This document shows positions 1 through 9,165 of a stretch of DNA of 43,173 nt, piece by piece (within the stretch, counting starts at the first letter, position 1; every line of letters begins with the position of its first letter). The DNA is from Bacteroidales bacterium (GTDB lineage: Bacteria > Bacteroidota > Bacteroidia > Bacteroidales > B18-G4), in contig JAUWGC010000003.1 of the NCBI GenBank assembly GCA_030606625.1, forward strand, positions 1 through 43,173. Direction: 5' to 3'. The notes below the pieces were generated by a model. The model worked only from the letters and a program-made list of their open reading frames with translations. It ran no database searches and had not been told where the DNA came from. The position numbers and the translations under genes were made by a program.

Positions 1-123
1 GATAAATGACAAATATTAAATTATTTTTACATTTTTTTAAAACCTTGAATTCTATACTTTATCCTTTGTAAAAAAAAATACGCATCTTTGTAATAAACCA
101 TAATTTATAGTCAAATAAATAAC

Positions 124-1089
124 ATGAAAATCAAGGAAATAAAATTGGAGGAATTAAATCCCCAAAAGTTTATTGAAGAAAAAGTGAAGGAGATTTCTTC
201 GAATGTCGGTAATGATTTAGCTATTAATGCTTTGTCTGGTGGTGTCGATTCTTCAGTTGTTACCATGTTGGGACACAAGGCCTTGGGTGAAAGACTTAAA
301 ACATGTTTTATTAATAATGGCCTGATGAGGGAAGGAGAACCGGAACGTATTGTTACAATGTTTAAGAATTTAGGAATTAACGTTGAAATTATAGACTCTA
401 AAGATGCTTTCTTCAATGCATTAAGAAACATTACAGACCCGGAAGAAAAAAGAGAAGCTATTACTAAAGCATTTTACAAAGATGTTTTTGGTAAGTTAGT
501 AAAGAATAGTGGTGCGAAATATCTTTTCCAGGGAACGATTTTAACGGATGTGGATGAAACAGTTGCGGGAATTAAGAGGCAGCACAATGTATTTGAGCAG
601 TTAGGAATTGACCCTGAAGAAACATTCGGCTACAGGATTATCGAGCCTCTTGTACAGCTCAGAAAACCTGCGGTAAGGGAAGTTGCAAAGGCATTGGGAT
701 TGCATGAAGAAATATATAACAGGCCGCCATTTCCAGGTCCTGCCCTGGCAGCAAGAGTTATTGGAGAGGTAAGGCCGGAAAGAGTTGACACTGTGCGAAA
801 AGCCACAAGGATTGTTGAAGAGGAATTAAGGGATTCGGGAGCATTCCAGTACCTAGCGATTCTGCATGAAGACAAAGTTACTGGAATAAGAGACGAGAAA
901 AGGGATTTTGGTTTTCAGATAGAGGTAAGATGCTGGGAAAGCAAGGATGCCAGGACGGGAAGACCAACAAGGCTTCCTTATGATACATTAGATAGACTAG
1001 CAGAAAGAATAACAACAGAAGTGCCCGATGTTGTAAGTGTTACTTATAACATAACTACAAAACCACCTTCCACCATTGAAGCTATTTAA
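124..1089 (+). CDS. guaAB: GMP synthase subunit B (stand-alone ATP-pyrophosphatase and dimerisation domains, split type without glutaminase)
   Basis: PP-loop LSGGVDSS, DPEEKR, QGTILTD, HNV, RPPFPGPALAAR, C-terminal YNITTKPPSTIE; 321 aa with no N-terminal GATase domain. Confidence 0.85.
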   Translation: MKIKEIKLEELNPQKFIEEKVKEISSNVGNDLAINALSGGVDSSVVTMLGHKALGERLKTCFINNGLMREGEPERIVTMFKNLGINVEIIDSKDAFFNALRNITDPEEKREAITKAFYKDVFGKLVKNSGAKYLFQGTILTDVDETVAGIKRQHNVFEQLGIDPEETFGYRIIEPLVQLRKPAVREVAKALGLHEEIYNRPPFPGPALAARVIGEVRPERVDTVRKATRIVEEELRDSGAFQYLAILHEDKVTGIRDEKRDFGFQIEVRCWESKDARTGRPTRLPYDTLDRLAERITTEVPDVVSVTYNITTKPPSTIEAI

Positions 1090-1158
1090 TGCTTGCCAAC
1101 TGCCATAATTATTTGTACGAAAGGGCTAATTAACAATTTAATCAAAGGAGTGCATAAT

Positions 1159-3363
1159 ATGGATACTGTCTCAATTCTACAAAAAAATAGTATTGGAAGA
1201 AGTTTTATTCCTAATGAGTATCTTCCTGATGGGAAAGATGAGTATTACTACCGTAATATTCAAACATCATATCCGAAGGAACGATGGAGGCATTTACAAT
1301 CAGGTGAGGTCGAAAGACTTGTGAAAAATAACAATACTTCCGACAACTGGGACGAAATTCTCGTTACCGATCAATTTGATTCTGGTCAAATAAAAAATTC
1401 GGAGTTTATCGGTCTGGTTAGAATTGGAAGGGTGCAAAATATTATTCTTGAACATCACGACCTTAAGGTGCCTGCAGGTATTACAAATAGTGTGATCATT
1501 GCATGTGATATTGGAGATGATGTTGCAATTCATAATGCCCGATATTTATCACATTACATTATTGGCGACAGGTGTATATTGTTTAACATCAACGAAATGC
1601 ATACAACTAACTATGCAAAATTCGGCAACGGAATTGTCAAAGAAGGCGAACCGGAAGATGTACGTGTGTGGCTTGACATAATGAACGAAACCGGCTGCCG
1701 TAGTATTATCCCTTTTGATGGCATGATACCTGCTGATGCCTATCTTTGGGCAAAATATCGGGATGACACTGCATTACAAGAAAGGCTGAAAGAGATAACA
1801 CAAAACAGCTTTGATTCCCACCGTGGTTATTATGGTATGATCGGGAGTCAGTGTGTTATTAAGAATTCTCGCATTTTAAAGGATGTCAAGATAGGTTCCA
1901 ACTGCTACATTAAAGGCGCCAATAAAATTAAAAATATAACCATTAACTCGTCAGAGTCAGAACCTACACAGATCGGAGAGGGTGTAGAGTTAGTGAACGG
2001 CATTATAGGTTTTGGGTGTCATATATTTTATGGTTGTAAGGCAGTGAGATTTATTTTAGGCGATAATTCAAATCTTAAATATGGAGCAAGGCTTATTAAT
2101 TCATTTCTTGGGGATAATTCTACAATTTCTTGCTGTGAGGTTCTTAATAATCTCATATTTCCGGCACATGAACAACATCATAATAATTCATTTCTTGTTG
2201 CATCTGTAGTTTTAGGTCAAAGTAACATGGCAGCAGGGGCAACAATTGGTTCAAATCATAATAGCAGAGCAAACGATAACGAAATTCAGGCAGGTCGTGG
2301 GTTTTGGCCAGGATTATGTGTTAGTGTTAAACATTCCTGTCGATTTGCTTCTTTTGTGTTGCTTTCTAAAGCAGACTATCCTGCAGAGCTTGATATCCCG
2401 CTGCCATTTTCACTTCTCAACAACAATACAGCAAAGGACCAACTAGAGGTTTTTCCAGCTTTTTGGTGGTTATATAATATGTATGCCCTGGCAAGAAATT
2501 CATGGAAGTTTATGAATCGTGACAAGCGTGAAAACAAAGTTCAAAAAATTGAATTTGATTCTTTAGCCCCTGACACTATAGAAGAGATATTTAATGCCCT
2601 TCGATTATTGGAACTATGGACAGCTAAAGCCAGTTTACGCAGCAAAGATGATATTAAAGATGAGACAGAACTTGTAAAAACCGGGCGTGAACTCCTGATG
2701 GGATCTGAAGAGCTTATTAATGGTTTGGAAGTTCTTGGGGAAAATATGGAGAAATCAAATCGGAAGGTTATGATTCTTCATGTATATAAAGCATATCATG
2801 CATATTGTGATATGCTTTATTATTATGCCGTAAAGAATTTGTTGGCATATATGAATCTCAACCCCGATGCTACTTTTTTTTCTATGCAAAGTGCATTAAA
2901 GGGTAAACGTGAACATAAATGGGTAAACATTGGAGGACAACTTGTCACAGAGAAAGATGTTACTCAGATACGATCTGATATTGCGTCAGGCAAACTTGTT
3001 GACTGGACAGAAATCCATCGCAGGTATGATAGTCTTTGGGAAAGATATCCATTTGAAAAGCAAAAACATGCATATGCAACGCTTTGCGAGATATTTGAAA
3101 CAGATAAGCTTACAAAAGAACAATGGGAATTAGCTTTAGATAAGGCAGTAAAGATTCAGGAATTCATCAGGGATCAGGTTTATATTTCCAGAAAAAAGGA
3201 TTTTGACAACCCGTTTCGCCAGGCAACATACAGAAATATTGATGAGATGACGGCTGCAATTGGAACAATTGAAGACAATAGTTTTGTTAAACAAGTAAGG
3301 GAAGAAACAGAAGATTTTAAAAAACTGATTGCAGAAATGAGAAACAAAGGCAGATCGAAGTGA
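1159..3363 (+). CDS. DUF4954-family protein with a left-handed beta-helix-like region
   Basis: Hexapeptide-like I/V-G-x-x-C repeats; FPAHEQHHNNSFL and MAAGATIGSNHNSR motifs recalled from DUF4954; ATG 1159 preferred over TTG 1093 because AAAGGAG precedes it. Confidence 0.7.
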   Translation: MDTVSILQKNSIGRSFIPNEYLPDGKDEYYYRNIQTSYPKERWRHLQSGEVERLVKNNNTSDNWDEILVTDQFDSGQIKNSEFIGLVRIGRVQNIILEHHDLKVPAGITNSVIIACDIGDDVAIHNARYLSHYIIGDRCILFNINEMHTTNYAKFGNGIVKEGEPEDVRVWLDIMNETGCRSIIPFDGMIPADAYLWAKYRDDTALQERLKEITQNSFDSHRGYYGMIGSQCVIKNSRILKDVKIGSNCYIKGANKIKNITINSSESEPTQIGEGVELVNGIIGFGCHIFYGCKAVRFILGDNSNLKYGARLINSFLGDNSTISCCEVLNNLIFPAHEQHHNNSFLVASVVLGQSNMAAGATIGSNHNSRANDNEIQAGRGFWPGLCVSVKHSCRFASFVLLSKADYPAELDIPLPFSLLNNNTAKDQLEVFPAFWWLYNMYALARNSWKFMNRDKRENKVQKIEFDSLAPDTIEEIFNALRLLELWTAKASLRSKDDIKDETELVKTGRELLMGSEELINGLEVLGENMEKSNRKVMILHVYKAYHAYCDMLYYYAVKNLLAYMNLNPDATFFSMQSALKGKREHKWVNIGGQLVTEKDVTQIRSDIASGKLVDWTEIHRRYDSLWERYPFEKQKHAYATLCEIFETDKLTKEQWELALDKAVKIQEFIRDQVYISRKKDFDNPFRQATYRNIDEMTAAIGTIEDNSFVKQVREETEDFKKLIAEMRNKGRSK

Positions 3364-3471
3364 AGCGGAGACCCTGAAAAAGCGGGAAGATACAAAGAAA
3401 CATGAATACATAAAAAATATACGTATCAACAGATAAACATTTATATTAACTTTTAAATAAGGAAATCGATT

Positions 3472-4488
3472 ATGAATCTTAAAGAGGAAAAATATTCTAA
3501 GTATGCATTAGTTCGGGAAATGATGGATACTATCGATATAGTTAATAATTTTAACGCGGGCCAGACAAAAGATGTGGCTGGTAAAATTAAATCTATAGGC
3601 AAACTTTTGCTTACAGGCGAAGGATCAAGCCGGATCTTCCCTGCAAAGAATGCTATTCGCAAAGGTCTTACCTGGGGGCTGGATCTTAGCATTATTACTG
3701 ATGGTTCCCGTCAATCGGCGCAATATGATCTTTCAAAATTTGCTGTTTTCTGTGCGTCAAACTCCGGACGAACAAAAGAAGTTGTATTACTTGCAAAGAA
3801 ACTGGCTGAAGCAGGTAATGAAAATCGATTTGCTTTAACAGCTAATGAAGAAACACTTATAGAAGATGCATGCAAAGAAACTTTTATTTTGACCTGTGGA
3901 TGGGAGCAGGCGGTGGCTGCCACAAAGAGTGTTATTGAACAAGCTCTGTTTTATGAATCAATCCTTTGGCATATTAATAACAAAAATAATGCTGCATTAT
4001 GTTTGCAATTAAAGAGTAAAATTGAAGCAGCACTGACAATGCCGATTGAGTCGGGAATAATTGAAGCTGCAGCTAAAGCGCCGACAATTTATTTTGCAGG
4101 TTATAACGATGGTGTGGGTGAAGAACTGACTCTTAAAACTAACGAGATCACCCGGAAAAAGTCAGATTATTTAGAAGGTACATATGCCGTTCATGGTATT
4201 GAAGAAGTTATGGATCAGAACGATATTGTTTTTATAGTAGATCCGATTGATGAGGAAATAGACAAATTTCAAGATGTTTTGGTTAATGGTGTCGGACTTA
4301 AAGTTGTGGCTATTGCTGACAGAGACACACCTTTCACTACTATACTTGTGCCAAATGCAGGTGAGATGAACCCTTATGTATTTTTAAGTGCCGGATGGAA
4401 TTTATTAGTTGAAATAGGTTTGGCTCTGGGTATTAATCTGGATAAGCCAGAACGTGCACGTAAGGTAGGTAATGAATTTATTGAATAG
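3472..4488 (+). CDS. SIS-domain sugar-phosphate isomerase or deaminase (GlmS C-terminal / NagB-II-like)
   Basis: GEGSS, SNSGRTKE, AVAATKS, ELTLKTNE, HG, and C-terminal GINLDKPERARKV, which resembles the GlmS tail; no glutaminase domain. Confidence 0.75.
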   Translation: MNLKEEKYSKYALVREMMDTIDIVNNFNAGQTKDVAGKIKSIGKLLLTGEGSSRIFPAKNAIRKGLTWGLDLSIITDGSRQSAQYDLSKFAVFCASNSGRTKEVVLLAKKLAEAGNENRFALTANEETLIEDACKETFILTCGWEQAVAATKSVIEQALFYESILWHINNKNNAALCLQLKSKIEAALTMPIESGIIEAAAKAPTIYFAGYNDGVGEELTLKTNEITRKKSDYLEGTYAVHGIEEVMDQNDIVFIVDPIDEEIDKFQDVLVNGVGLKVVAIADRDTPFTTILVPNAGEMNPYVFLSAGWNLLVEIGLALGINLDKPERARKVGNEFIE

Positions 4489-4493
4489 CACAT

Positions 4494-4521
4494 AAAAAAA
4501 CCCGGGCACTTAGTGCCCGGG
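4494..4521 (-). terminator. Rho-independent terminator of the curlin gene (possibly bidirectional)
   Basis: CCCGGGCAC-TTA-GTGCCCGGG hairpin at 4501-4521 with A7 on its left (U-tract on the minus strand), between convergent genes. Confidence 0.8.
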
Positions 4522-4560
4522 AATGCAATTTAAATAAGATCGGGGTGTTTGGCCGTAATA

Positions 4561-5874
4561 TTACTTCTGTATGATATTTGACATATTTTTATTACCAATG
4601 ATGTTAACCTTTGCCATGTTACAGGTTCCTTTCTGAAGAACACCTGAGAAGTTTTTATTACCATATTCGTAAACATTTGCATCGTTCCAGTTTCCTTTCT
4701 GAGTCTGAAAAGCTTCGTTATCGTCTCCACATTGATAAATATCTGCATCATTCCAGTTTCCTTTCTGAGTCTGTGTAGCTTCGTTATCTTCTCCATACTG
4801 GTTAATACCTGCATCGTTCCAGTTTCCTTTCTGAGTCTGAAAAGCTTCGTTATCTGTTCCTTGCTGGCAAACACTTGCAAAGTTCCAGTTTCCTTTCTGG
4901 ATCTGAAAAGCTTCGTTATCGTCTCCTGTCTGGGAAATACTTGTTTTGTTCCAGTTTCCTTTTTGAGTTTGTGATGCTTCATTATCTTCTCCTACCTGGG
5001 AAATACATGCAATGTTCCAGTTTCCTTTCTGAACCTGTAAAGCTTCATTATCTTCTCCTACCTGGTAAACATCTGCATCGTTCCAGTTTCCTTTTTGAGT
5101 TTGTGTAGCTTCATTATCTTCTCCACGTTGGTAAATCCCTGAATAGTTCCAGTTTCCTTTCTGGGTCTGTGATGCTTCGTTGTCTTCTCCTGTCTGGGAA
5201 ACATCTGTAAAGTTCATGTTTCCTTTTTGAACCTGTGATGCTTCATTATCTTCTCCACGTTGGTAAATCCCTGAATAGTTCCAGTTTCCTTTCTGGGTCT
5301 GTGATGCTTCGTTATCTTCTCCAAGTTGGTAAACACCTGCTTCGTTACAGTTTCCTTTTTGAGTTTGTGTAGCTTCGTTATCTTCTCCACGCTGGTAAAC
5401 ATATGTTTTGTTCCAGTTTCCTTTCTGAGTTTGTAAAGCTTCGTTATCTTCTCCATGCTGGGAAACACCTGCTTCATTCCAGTTTCCTTTCTGAGTCTGA
5501 GAAGCTTCGTTATCGTCTCCATGTTGGTAAACACTTGCTTTATTCCAGTTTCCTTTCTGAGTCTGAATAGCTTCGTTATCTTCTCCACGTTGGTAAACAC
5601 TTGCGTCATTCCAGTTTCCTTTCTGAGTCTGTGTAGCTTCGTTATCTTCTCCACGTTGGTAAACACTTACGTCGTTCCAGTTTCCTTTTTGAGTCTGTGT
5701 AGCTTCATTACTTATTCCCCCTTGATTGATAGAGGCAACATTAAAATTTCCTTTTTGTTCTGTTATAGCAGAGTTTTTGTCTCCTTTAATATGATGTTCT
5801 GCTTTATTGGCATTTTGGCCAAATGATACACTTGCTATAAATAATGCGATTGAAATTAAAATTTGTTTTTTCAT
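4561..5874 (-). CDS. Secreted curlin-repeat (CsgA/CsgB-like) amyloid-type protein
   Basis: Signal peptide MKKQILISIALFIASVSFG, then 22-aa repeats NEAxQxQKGNWNxxxxxQxGED that match the curlin Q-x-G-x-x-N-x-A pattern; degenerate capping repeats at both ends. Confidence 0.85.
   Translation of the reverse strand: MKKQILISIALFIASVSFGQNANKAEHHIKGDKNSAITEQKGNFNVASINQGGISNEATQTQKGNWNDVSVYQRGEDNEATQTQKGNWNDASVYQRGEDNEAIQTQKGNWNKASVYQHGDDNEASQTQKGNWNEAGVSQHGEDNEALQTQKGNWNKTYVYQRGEDNEATQTQKGNCNEAGVYQLGEDNEASQTQKGNWNYSGIYQRGEDNEASQVQKGNMNFTDVSQTGEDNEASQTQKGNWNYSGIYQRGEDNEATQTQKGNWNDADVYQVGEDNEALQVQKGNWNIACISQVGEDNEASQTQKGNWNKTSISQTGDDNEAFQIQKGNWNFASVCQQGTDNEAFQTQKGNWNDAGINQYGEDNEATQTQKGNWNDADIYQCGDDNEAFQTQKGNWNDANVYEYGNKNFSGVLQKGTCNMAKVNIIGNKNMSNIIQK
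4654..5709 (-). repeat. 16 tandem 66-bp coding repeats
   Basis: TTCCAGTTTCCTTTYTG and GCTTCRTTATCTTCTCC blocks recur at exact 66-bp spacing. Confidence 0.95.
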
Positions 5875-6146
5875 GATTTTTGTTTTTTTTAGAGTATTAT
5901 ACATTTTATTTATTTATTTTTTTTCTTTACTTGAGTGTGTGATGCAAAGTAACCACGTAAAAGTGCCTGAGTCAATAGGGAATATTACCACATTTGGTTT
6001 ATTTACAGCATATTGCAGGGGGGCGGAAATTACGTATTTGTCAATAAAAGCTAGGGGAATTACCCAGGTATTGTATGGGTGTTTTGCCAACTCCACGACA
6101 GTCAACTAACTGATTCTATGCCTTTTAGGAAGTATTTGCGGACAGT

Positions 6147-6176
6147 CTTTTCACTTTTCACTTTTCACTCTTCACT
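6147..6176. repeat. Heptamer tandem repeat (CTTTTCA)x4
   Basis: CTTTTCA CTTTTCA CTTTTCA CTCTTCA. Confidence 0.85.
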
Positions 6177-6248
6177 AATAGACAAAAATTCAATATTTTA
6201 TTCTTGTTTTGATAAAATAAATCAATGAAAACCTGCCTTAAATAATAT

Positions 6249-7403
6249 TTACCTGGTTGAGAATTTATAAATGGTTGTATAACCGTATGTATTTTCGGGG
6301 TATAGTATTACAGAAGGAAAGCCAGGTTTATTGGGGGAATCAGGGAAATGTTGTGTTTCAAGGCATAAACCATAATGTTTCTGGTATATTTTCCTGTTCT
6401 TACCGGTGATGCTGCCATCAAGAAAGTTCCCGGAATAGAACTGCATGCCGGGTTCGGTTGTAAAGACTTCCATTACCCTGCCAGTATGAGGTTCATATAA
6501 CTCAGCTACTTTTGCCATTTTGCCACCGTTATTCAAGACATAATTGTGATCATATCCTCCTTCAACCTCTTTTATCCTTGAACCAATGTTATGCGGAGTG
6601 GTAAAATCCATTTCGGTATTTTTTACTTTCTTTAGTTCACCTGTGGGGATCAGTGTTTCATCTACCGGTGTATACATATCAGCATCAATCATAAGAATAT
6701 GGTCCAGGATGTCTCCTGATCCGGCCCCTGCAAGATTAAAATAGCTGTGATGGGTCAAATTGACCGGTGTGGGCTGGTCGGTGTGCGCTTCATATTTTAT
6801 TTTTAGTTCATTATCGTTTGTGAGGGTATAAATAACCTTGACTGACAAGTTGCCGGGATATCCTTCTTCTCCGTCCTGGCTCAGGTAAAACAGACTTACT
6901 GAAACACTGTCCTTGTCAACATAATCTTTTGAATCCCAAACCACTTTGTCGAATCCTTTTATTCCTCCATGCAAATGATTTTTTCCGTTATTGGCAGCTA
7001 AAGTATATTCTTTACCTTCCAGTGTGAATTTCCCATTGGCTATCCTGTTGGCGTATCGCCCCACTATTGCACCAAAATAAGGATGGCCTGTCAGGTAGTT
7101 ATTTAAACTGTCAAAGCCCAAAACTATATCATCAAAATTATGCTTGTTGTCGGGTACCAGGATTGAAGTGACAATACCGCCATAATTTGTTAATTTAACC
7201 ACCATATCATTTTCATTAATGAGTGTGTATAGGTAAATTGGTACAGTATCATTAACAGTACCAAATATTTCTCTTTTGATCTGCATAAGTGTCTTATTTG
7301 ATTTTTGGTTACCGGAAAATTTTTCTTGCTGGTTATTCATACATGAGGATGTGATAAGAAAACCTGCAACTATAATACAAAGCAGTAATATATTCTTTTT
7401 CAT
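6249..7403 (-). CDS. galM: Aldose 1-epimerase (galactose mutarotase) with a lipoprotein-type signal peptide
   Basis: GRYANRIA, NHLHGG, GYPGNL, NLTHHSYFNL, GYDHNY, QFYSGNFL, CLETQHFPDSPN; N-terminus ...GFLITSS-C. Confidence 0.92.
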   Translation of the reverse strand: MKKNILLLCIIVAGFLITSSCMNNQQEKFSGNQKSNKTLMQIKREIFGTVNDTVPIYLYTLINENDMVVKLTNYGGIVTSILVPDNKHNFDDIVLGFDSLNNYLTGHPYFGAIVGRYANRIANGKFTLEGKEYTLAANNGKNHLHGGIKGFDKVVWDSKDYVDKDSVSVSLFYLSQDGEEGYPGNLSVKVIYTLTNDNELKIKYEAHTDQPTPVNLTHHSYFNLAGAGSGDILDHILMIDADMYTPVDETLIPTGELKKVKNTEMDFTTPHNIGSRIKEVEGGYDHNYVLNNGGKMAKVAELYEPHTGRVMEVFTTEPGMQFYSGNFLDGSITGKNRKIYQKHYGLCLETQHFPDSPNKPGFPSVILYPENTYGYTTIYKFSTR

Positions 7404-7428
7404 TATAAAAAATTTATTTATTGTTAAT

Positions 7429-7483
7429 CAAAAGTACAATTTATCTTCAGTTTTGAAATATTAAAAAGAGTTATTTATATTTG
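7429..7483. promoter_or_regulatory. Divergent Bacteroidota primary-sigma promoters for galM and the symporter
   Basis: Minus strand TACTTTTG at 7429-7436; plus strand TTTG at 7452-7455, 20 nt, then TATATTTG at 7476-7483. Confidence 0.7.
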
Positions 7484-7522
7484 GTCTTTTCTTTTTAATT
7501 ATTAATGAAATAAATATTCATT

Positions 7523-9145
7523 ATGGAATATTCTGGCTTTTCCTGGATTGATTATTTAGTATTTATTATATATGGGTTGCTGATTGTTACAATCGGGTTG
7601 TGGGTGTCCAGAAAAAAGAAAGGCAAGGAAAGAACTGCCCAGGATTATTTTCTTGCAAGTAAGGCCTTGCCGTGGTGGGCCATTGGAGCATCTCTTATTG
7701 CTTCCAATATTTCTGCTGAACAGTTTATAGGCATGTCAGGCTCGGGATTTGCGATCGGCTTGGGTATTGCAGCCTATGAATGGATGGCAGCTATTACTCT
7801 GATAATCGTCGGGAAATATTTTCTACCCATTTTCCTGGAAAAGAAGATCTATACTATGCCTCAATTCCTTGAAATGCGATATGACGGTCGTGTCAGAACT
7901 GTAATGGCTTCATTCTGGCTCCTGGTTTATATTTTTGTGAATCTCACCTCGGTATTATATCTGGGAGCTATAGCCTTAAAAACTATTATGGGTGTTCCTT
8001 TGACTTATGGCATTATCGGGTTGGCACTTTTTGCTGCTATCTATTCCATTTACGGAGGACTCACAGCTGTGGCATGGACGGATGTTGTTCAGGTGGTATT
8101 TCTTATTGGAGGAGGTTTGCTGACCACCTTCCTTGCACTGGACGCTGTCGGGGAAGGAGATGGTATTATAGCAGGCTTCAAGGGATTGCTCCAGCAGGCA
8201 CCGGAGAAATTTGACATGATCCTGGAAAAAGGTAAGCTTATGATCCCGGATGGCCAGGGTGGTACCAAGGATGCATACCTGGATCTTCCCGGCATTGGCG
8301 TGTTGGTTGGAGGTATGTGGATTGCGAATATTTCTTATTGGGGATTCAATCAATATATCATCCAGCGGGGATTGGCAGCCAAGAATATCCGTGAGGCACA
8401 GAGAGGCGTGATCTTTGCCGGATTCCTGAAAATATTGATTCCCATGATCGTGGTTATCCCTGGTATAGCAGCATTTGTTTTGACAAAGGATACGTCCACA
8501 GTAATAGAACCTTCTGATAAAGCTTATCCCTGGCTTCTTCACCAGTTTGTGCCCATCGGTTTGAAAGGATTGGCATTTGCTGCTCTGGCTGCTGCGGTTG
8601 TTTCTTCTTTAGCGTCAATGTTGAATTCAACATCCACTATATTTACTCTGGATATATATAAAAAGTTCATCAATAAAAAGGTCACTAATGTACAAATGGT
8701 TACTGTGGGCAGAATAACCAGTTTTGCTGCCTTGGTTATTGCTGTGCTTACTGCGAAGCCGCTACTTGGCAATCTCGACCAGGCATTTCAGTACATCCAG
8801 GAATTTACAGGGTTCGTGACGCCGGGAATAGTGGTCATCTTTTGTTTTGGCTTGTTCTGGAAAGGCATGAAAGCTAATGCAGCTCTTTTGGTTGCTATAT
8901 TGACTATCCCGCTTTCCTTCATTTTCAAGGTAGTATGGCCCGGCTTGCCTTTCCTCGATAGAATGGGTGTGGTCTTCCTGGTCCTGGCTTTAATAGGTAT
9001 CATTGCCAGTATGCTCCAATCCACGGCTAATGATCCCAAAGCCATTAAGTACCATAAGGGATTATTTCATACAGGCCCCGTGTTCAATGCCGGTGCCATT
9101 ATTCTTTCAGCCATTGTTGCTGTACTCTACTTAATATACTGGTAA
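7523..9145 (+). CDS. Sodium:sugar symporter (SSS family, vSGLT-like)
   Basis: ASNISAEQFIGMSGSG, AAYEWMA, YWGFNQYIIQR, SSLASMLNS; many transmembrane segments; divergent from galM. Confidence 0.9.
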   Translation: MEYSGFSWIDYLVFIIYGLLIVTIGLWVSRKKKGKERTAQDYFLASKALPWWAIGASLIASNISAEQFIGMSGSGFAIGLGIAAYEWMAAITLIIVGKYFLPIFLEKKIYTMPQFLEMRYDGRVRTVMASFWLLVYIFVNLTSVLYLGAIALKTIMGVPLTYGIIGLALFAAIYSIYGGLTAVAWTDVVQVVFLIGGGLLTTFLALDAVGEGDGIIAGFKGLLQQAPEKFDMILEKGKLMIPDGQGGTKDAYLDLPGIGVLVGGMWIANISYWGFNQYIIQRGLAAKNIREAQRGVIFAGFLKILIPMIVVIPGIAAFVLTKDTSTVIEPSDKAYPWLLHQFVPIGLKGLAFAALAAAVVSSLASMLNSTSTIFTLDIYKKFINKKVTNVQMVTVGRITSFAALVIAVLTAKPLLGNLDQAFQYIQEFTGFVTPGIVVIFCFGLFWKGMKANAALLVAILTIPLSFIFKVVWPGLPFLDRMGVVFLVLALIGIIASMLQSTANDPKAIKYHKGLFHTGPVFNAGAIILSAIVAVLYLIYW

Positions 9146-9165
9146 GTGAGAAAGGAAAGATCTGG

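Noticed and set aside
4654-5709. CRISPR-like alternation of constant and variable blocks with a 66-bp period
   Set aside because: The array is one open frame with a signal peptide and curlin motif, the variable parts are homologous to one another, and no cas genes are present.
4530-5826. Alternative-frame repetitive ORFs (KETG..., PVSFLSL...)
   Set aside because: By-products of the 66-bp coding repeat, with no independent signals.
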